Positions 61,674 to 64,000 of a stretch of 64,000 nucleotides of DNA are shown here, one piece after another; within the stretch, counting starts at the first letter, position 1, and every line of letters starts with the position of its first letter. The stretch is from NCBI GenBank assembly GCA_016748015.1, contig JAAOMT010000128.1, positions 503,538 to 567,537 of the forward strand, written 5' to 3'. The position numbers were made by a program, and so were the translations under genes. The DNA comes from Geosiphon pyriformis uo1 (taxonomy: Eukaryota > Fungi > Glomeromycota). Below the pieces are notes generated by a model. That model searched no databases. It was not told the DNA's origin and saw nothing but the letters and a program-made list of their open reading frames with translations.

Positions 61674-64000
61674 TGTTACAGATTGGAATAACAAACTAAT
61701 GGATAACAAGAGAGAACAAGATTGTAGGGTGATGGAAATAATCAAAGGGGATTCAACTTCAATGAGCAAATTGAATGAGTATGGATTCAATGTGCGAGAT
61801 TAGTCTCATAAAATATCTCAGTCACTATTCTTTTTCAAAGATAACTGGGGAATCTGAAGGTAGAGAGATAGTCCGTACTGTCAACAATTAATAACTGCTG
61901 GTATAATTCTATGTCTCACGTCAGCGCTCTTAGAATTCAATATCAGGTATCAACTTGTGCTCTTCAGTCACATTTATACAAATAGTCTTCAAATACTACA
62001 ATTATTCAAACAGGAAAAGGCCAACAAGTAATCTTTTATCCTAAGATGTTCGGATACTTGAAGGTAGAAAAAGGAAAATTAGTGATAAGAGAGTGATTAA
62101 GATGAAAGTTGTTATTTTTATTTATTTATTTGATTCTTGTCTGAGAGATCATTTTCTACAGCTAAGAGACTCATTGCTTATATAGCTATTGAAAATAGTC
62201 AATGACCAGGTCAATGACTAGGTCAATAATCAGGTCAATGATTAGGTCAGCAATCAGGTCATTGATCAGGTCAATGATCAGGTCAACAGTCAGGTCATTA
62301 ATCAAGTCAACAATCACTATCTAAAAATAGAGTGGCTAATTATATGACATCAGTGACTAATACATGTGATAACTAATAAAAATTATGGGTTTCAATCATA
62401 ACATCATCCTCTCCAAAGAGATTGAGCTCTGGTGAAATCAAGTTATTTATAGGGTATTCTAATTGAAGGGTTTTGTCTAACTCAAAACTAACTAGTTTGT
62501 TGAAGTCTTTTGTGGATAGAGTATATAGTACTTGAAGCGAAATAAGCTTTGTATCCAAGAGACCAAATCTTTGTATAAGAGTTTTGGCTCTTTTTGCAAT
62601 GGTCAAAATTCTTGGGATATCTAAACGTATAATGCCCAAAATTTCCACTTGTATTTCTGAAGTTGTTTTCTTCATGAGCTTCATTTCTTCTATGATTTCA
62701 CCAAAACAACCATAGAGTTCTAGTTGCCTTCCATATGACAAGTTTTTGTCTATGGGCAAAATTTTTTTAATCGTTTTTCCAATTTTTATGGAAGGTGTAA
62801 GTATTGCTGCTTTTATGCTTTCCAGCAAATACTTATCTATTTTGCTACCAATTCTTTCTCTTCTGGTAGTGGTTTTTTTTGGTCTAATAACAGTATGTGT
62901 TCTATTGTTATCAGTTATGGTGGTTTGTTTTCCAATGATCAGAGTAGCATTTGGATAATTTTTGATCCAGTACTTATAAAAAGTGTAGAAAGCATTTTGA
63001 ATGTTTTGATCTAGAAAATAATTGTTCATGTCAATTGAAAATACCTCTGTTTTTGGAATGGTGCATTTATTTATATCTGATTTTTGTTGATCATTTGGGT
63101 CGGTATTACCACAACAGGTAACCAATCAGGTCATTTGTGATATTTCTTGAGTCGTGTGTCATGAACAGGGCAATTATTGAAGATTGTTCCATATTGATCT
63201 TATAAGATATAAGAACCATTGTTTAAAACTTTGTTGACTATAAAGAGTTCTTTCTACCAGCTAGAAAATTTATCACCATAGACATTGTCTCTGTCTGAAC
63301 AGTATTCTAAAACTAAGTTACTAACACTTAAGGAAAGTGTTTTATATGTTTTCTTTTTCTTAAGCTTCTCTTGGAATTGTTTTATCTTTTCAAAGGCAAT
63401 TATTCATGCTTCTACTAATGAGTCAAGAATAGTACCAAGTCTTCTTTGCAAAATGTCCTTGTAATCTCCTATTGTTATTTCTTCAAAAGATATTGTTTCT
63501 ATATTCATTTCTATTGGTAGAGTTGCCATTTGTCCATAGAGCAGATAAAAGGGTTCATAACTTATTATGTCATGATTCACAGTTCTGTAGGTGAACAAAG
63601 CTGAAGACAATACTTTGTCCCATAGGTTGGTTTCTTCATTGGTTTTGGCTAGGGTTTCACATAGTGTTCTATTGAAACGGGAAGAAAGTTTATAATTTAT
63701 TCCCATTTTTCTGCAAAGTTCTTCAACCAGTGTACTGAGAAAAGCTCTTCCTCTATCAGATAAAAGTTCTTTGGGGCAGCCATGGTGACAGATAATATTT
63801 TCATAAATGAAATTGGCAATTGAGACTGCTGTTTGATCTAGGGTGGCTCTTGCTTCTACCCACTTTGTAAGATAATCAGTAGCTGTGATAATGTATCTGT
63901 TGCCATCAGGAGTTATTGTTAAAGGTTCAACAACATCTATACCAATTCTGTCAAATAGTTGACCAACAGAGATCAGATAGATATCTTCCTTGCAATTGGG
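61674..64000 (-). mobile_element. Family-B copy 6, 3' part (IN, ORF3, LTR 61674-62403), runs off the window
   Basis: Integrase core and C-terminus, PPT, LTR. Confidence 0.92.
62373..63029 (-). CDS. Family-B ORF3, intact 218 aa
   Basis: ATG 63029 (MNNYFLDQ..) to the stop inside the LTR, no interruptions. Confidence 0.8.
   Translation of the reverse strand: MNNYFLDQNIQNAFYTFYKYWIKNYPNATLIIGKQTTITDNNRTHTVIRPKKTTTRRERIGSKIDKYLLESIKAAILTPSIKIGKTIKKILPIDKNLSYGRQLELYGCFGEIIEEMKLMKKTTSEIQVEILGIIRLDIPRILTIAKRAKTLIQRFGLLDTKLISLQVLYTLSTKDFNKLVSFELDKTLQLEYPINNLISPELNLFGEDDVMIETHNFY

Overview
This window is a gene-free, AT-rich eukaryotic retrotransposon nest. The codon style and TE content suggest a fungus, possibly Glomeromycotina/Mucoromycota, but that is inference only. 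I find no host genes, RNA genes or CRISPR. Four families explain nearly all of it. (A) A Ty3/Gypsy family with a dUTPase between protease and RT and an ~820-bp LTR: one copy at 1412-8444 and an older decayed copy at 8879-11743. (B) A second Ty3/Gypsy family with ~660-770-bp LTRs, an elongator tRNA-Met-type PBS, 4-bp TSDs and a -1 frameshift site: six partial or complete copies plus two lone LTRs. (C) An APE-RT-RNaseH LINE: two 5'-complete copies. (D) A ~2.4-kb ORF1-only poly(A) retroelement that shares the LINE's 3' tail: four near-complete copies plus fragments. TSDs resolve a five-level nest, a three-LTR tandem, a ~4-kb inversion and a LINE-associated deletion. Almost all ORFs are broken by C>T/G>A transitions. 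The most unusual signals are: (1) two boxes in the family-B LTR complementary to the anticodon arm and variable loop of the primer tRNA-Met, one sitting in a covarying hairpin loop; (2) integrase encoded as a separate ORF in both Gypsy families, followed by an unexplained ~218-aa ORF3; (3) the HAL1-like ORF1-only partner of the LINE.
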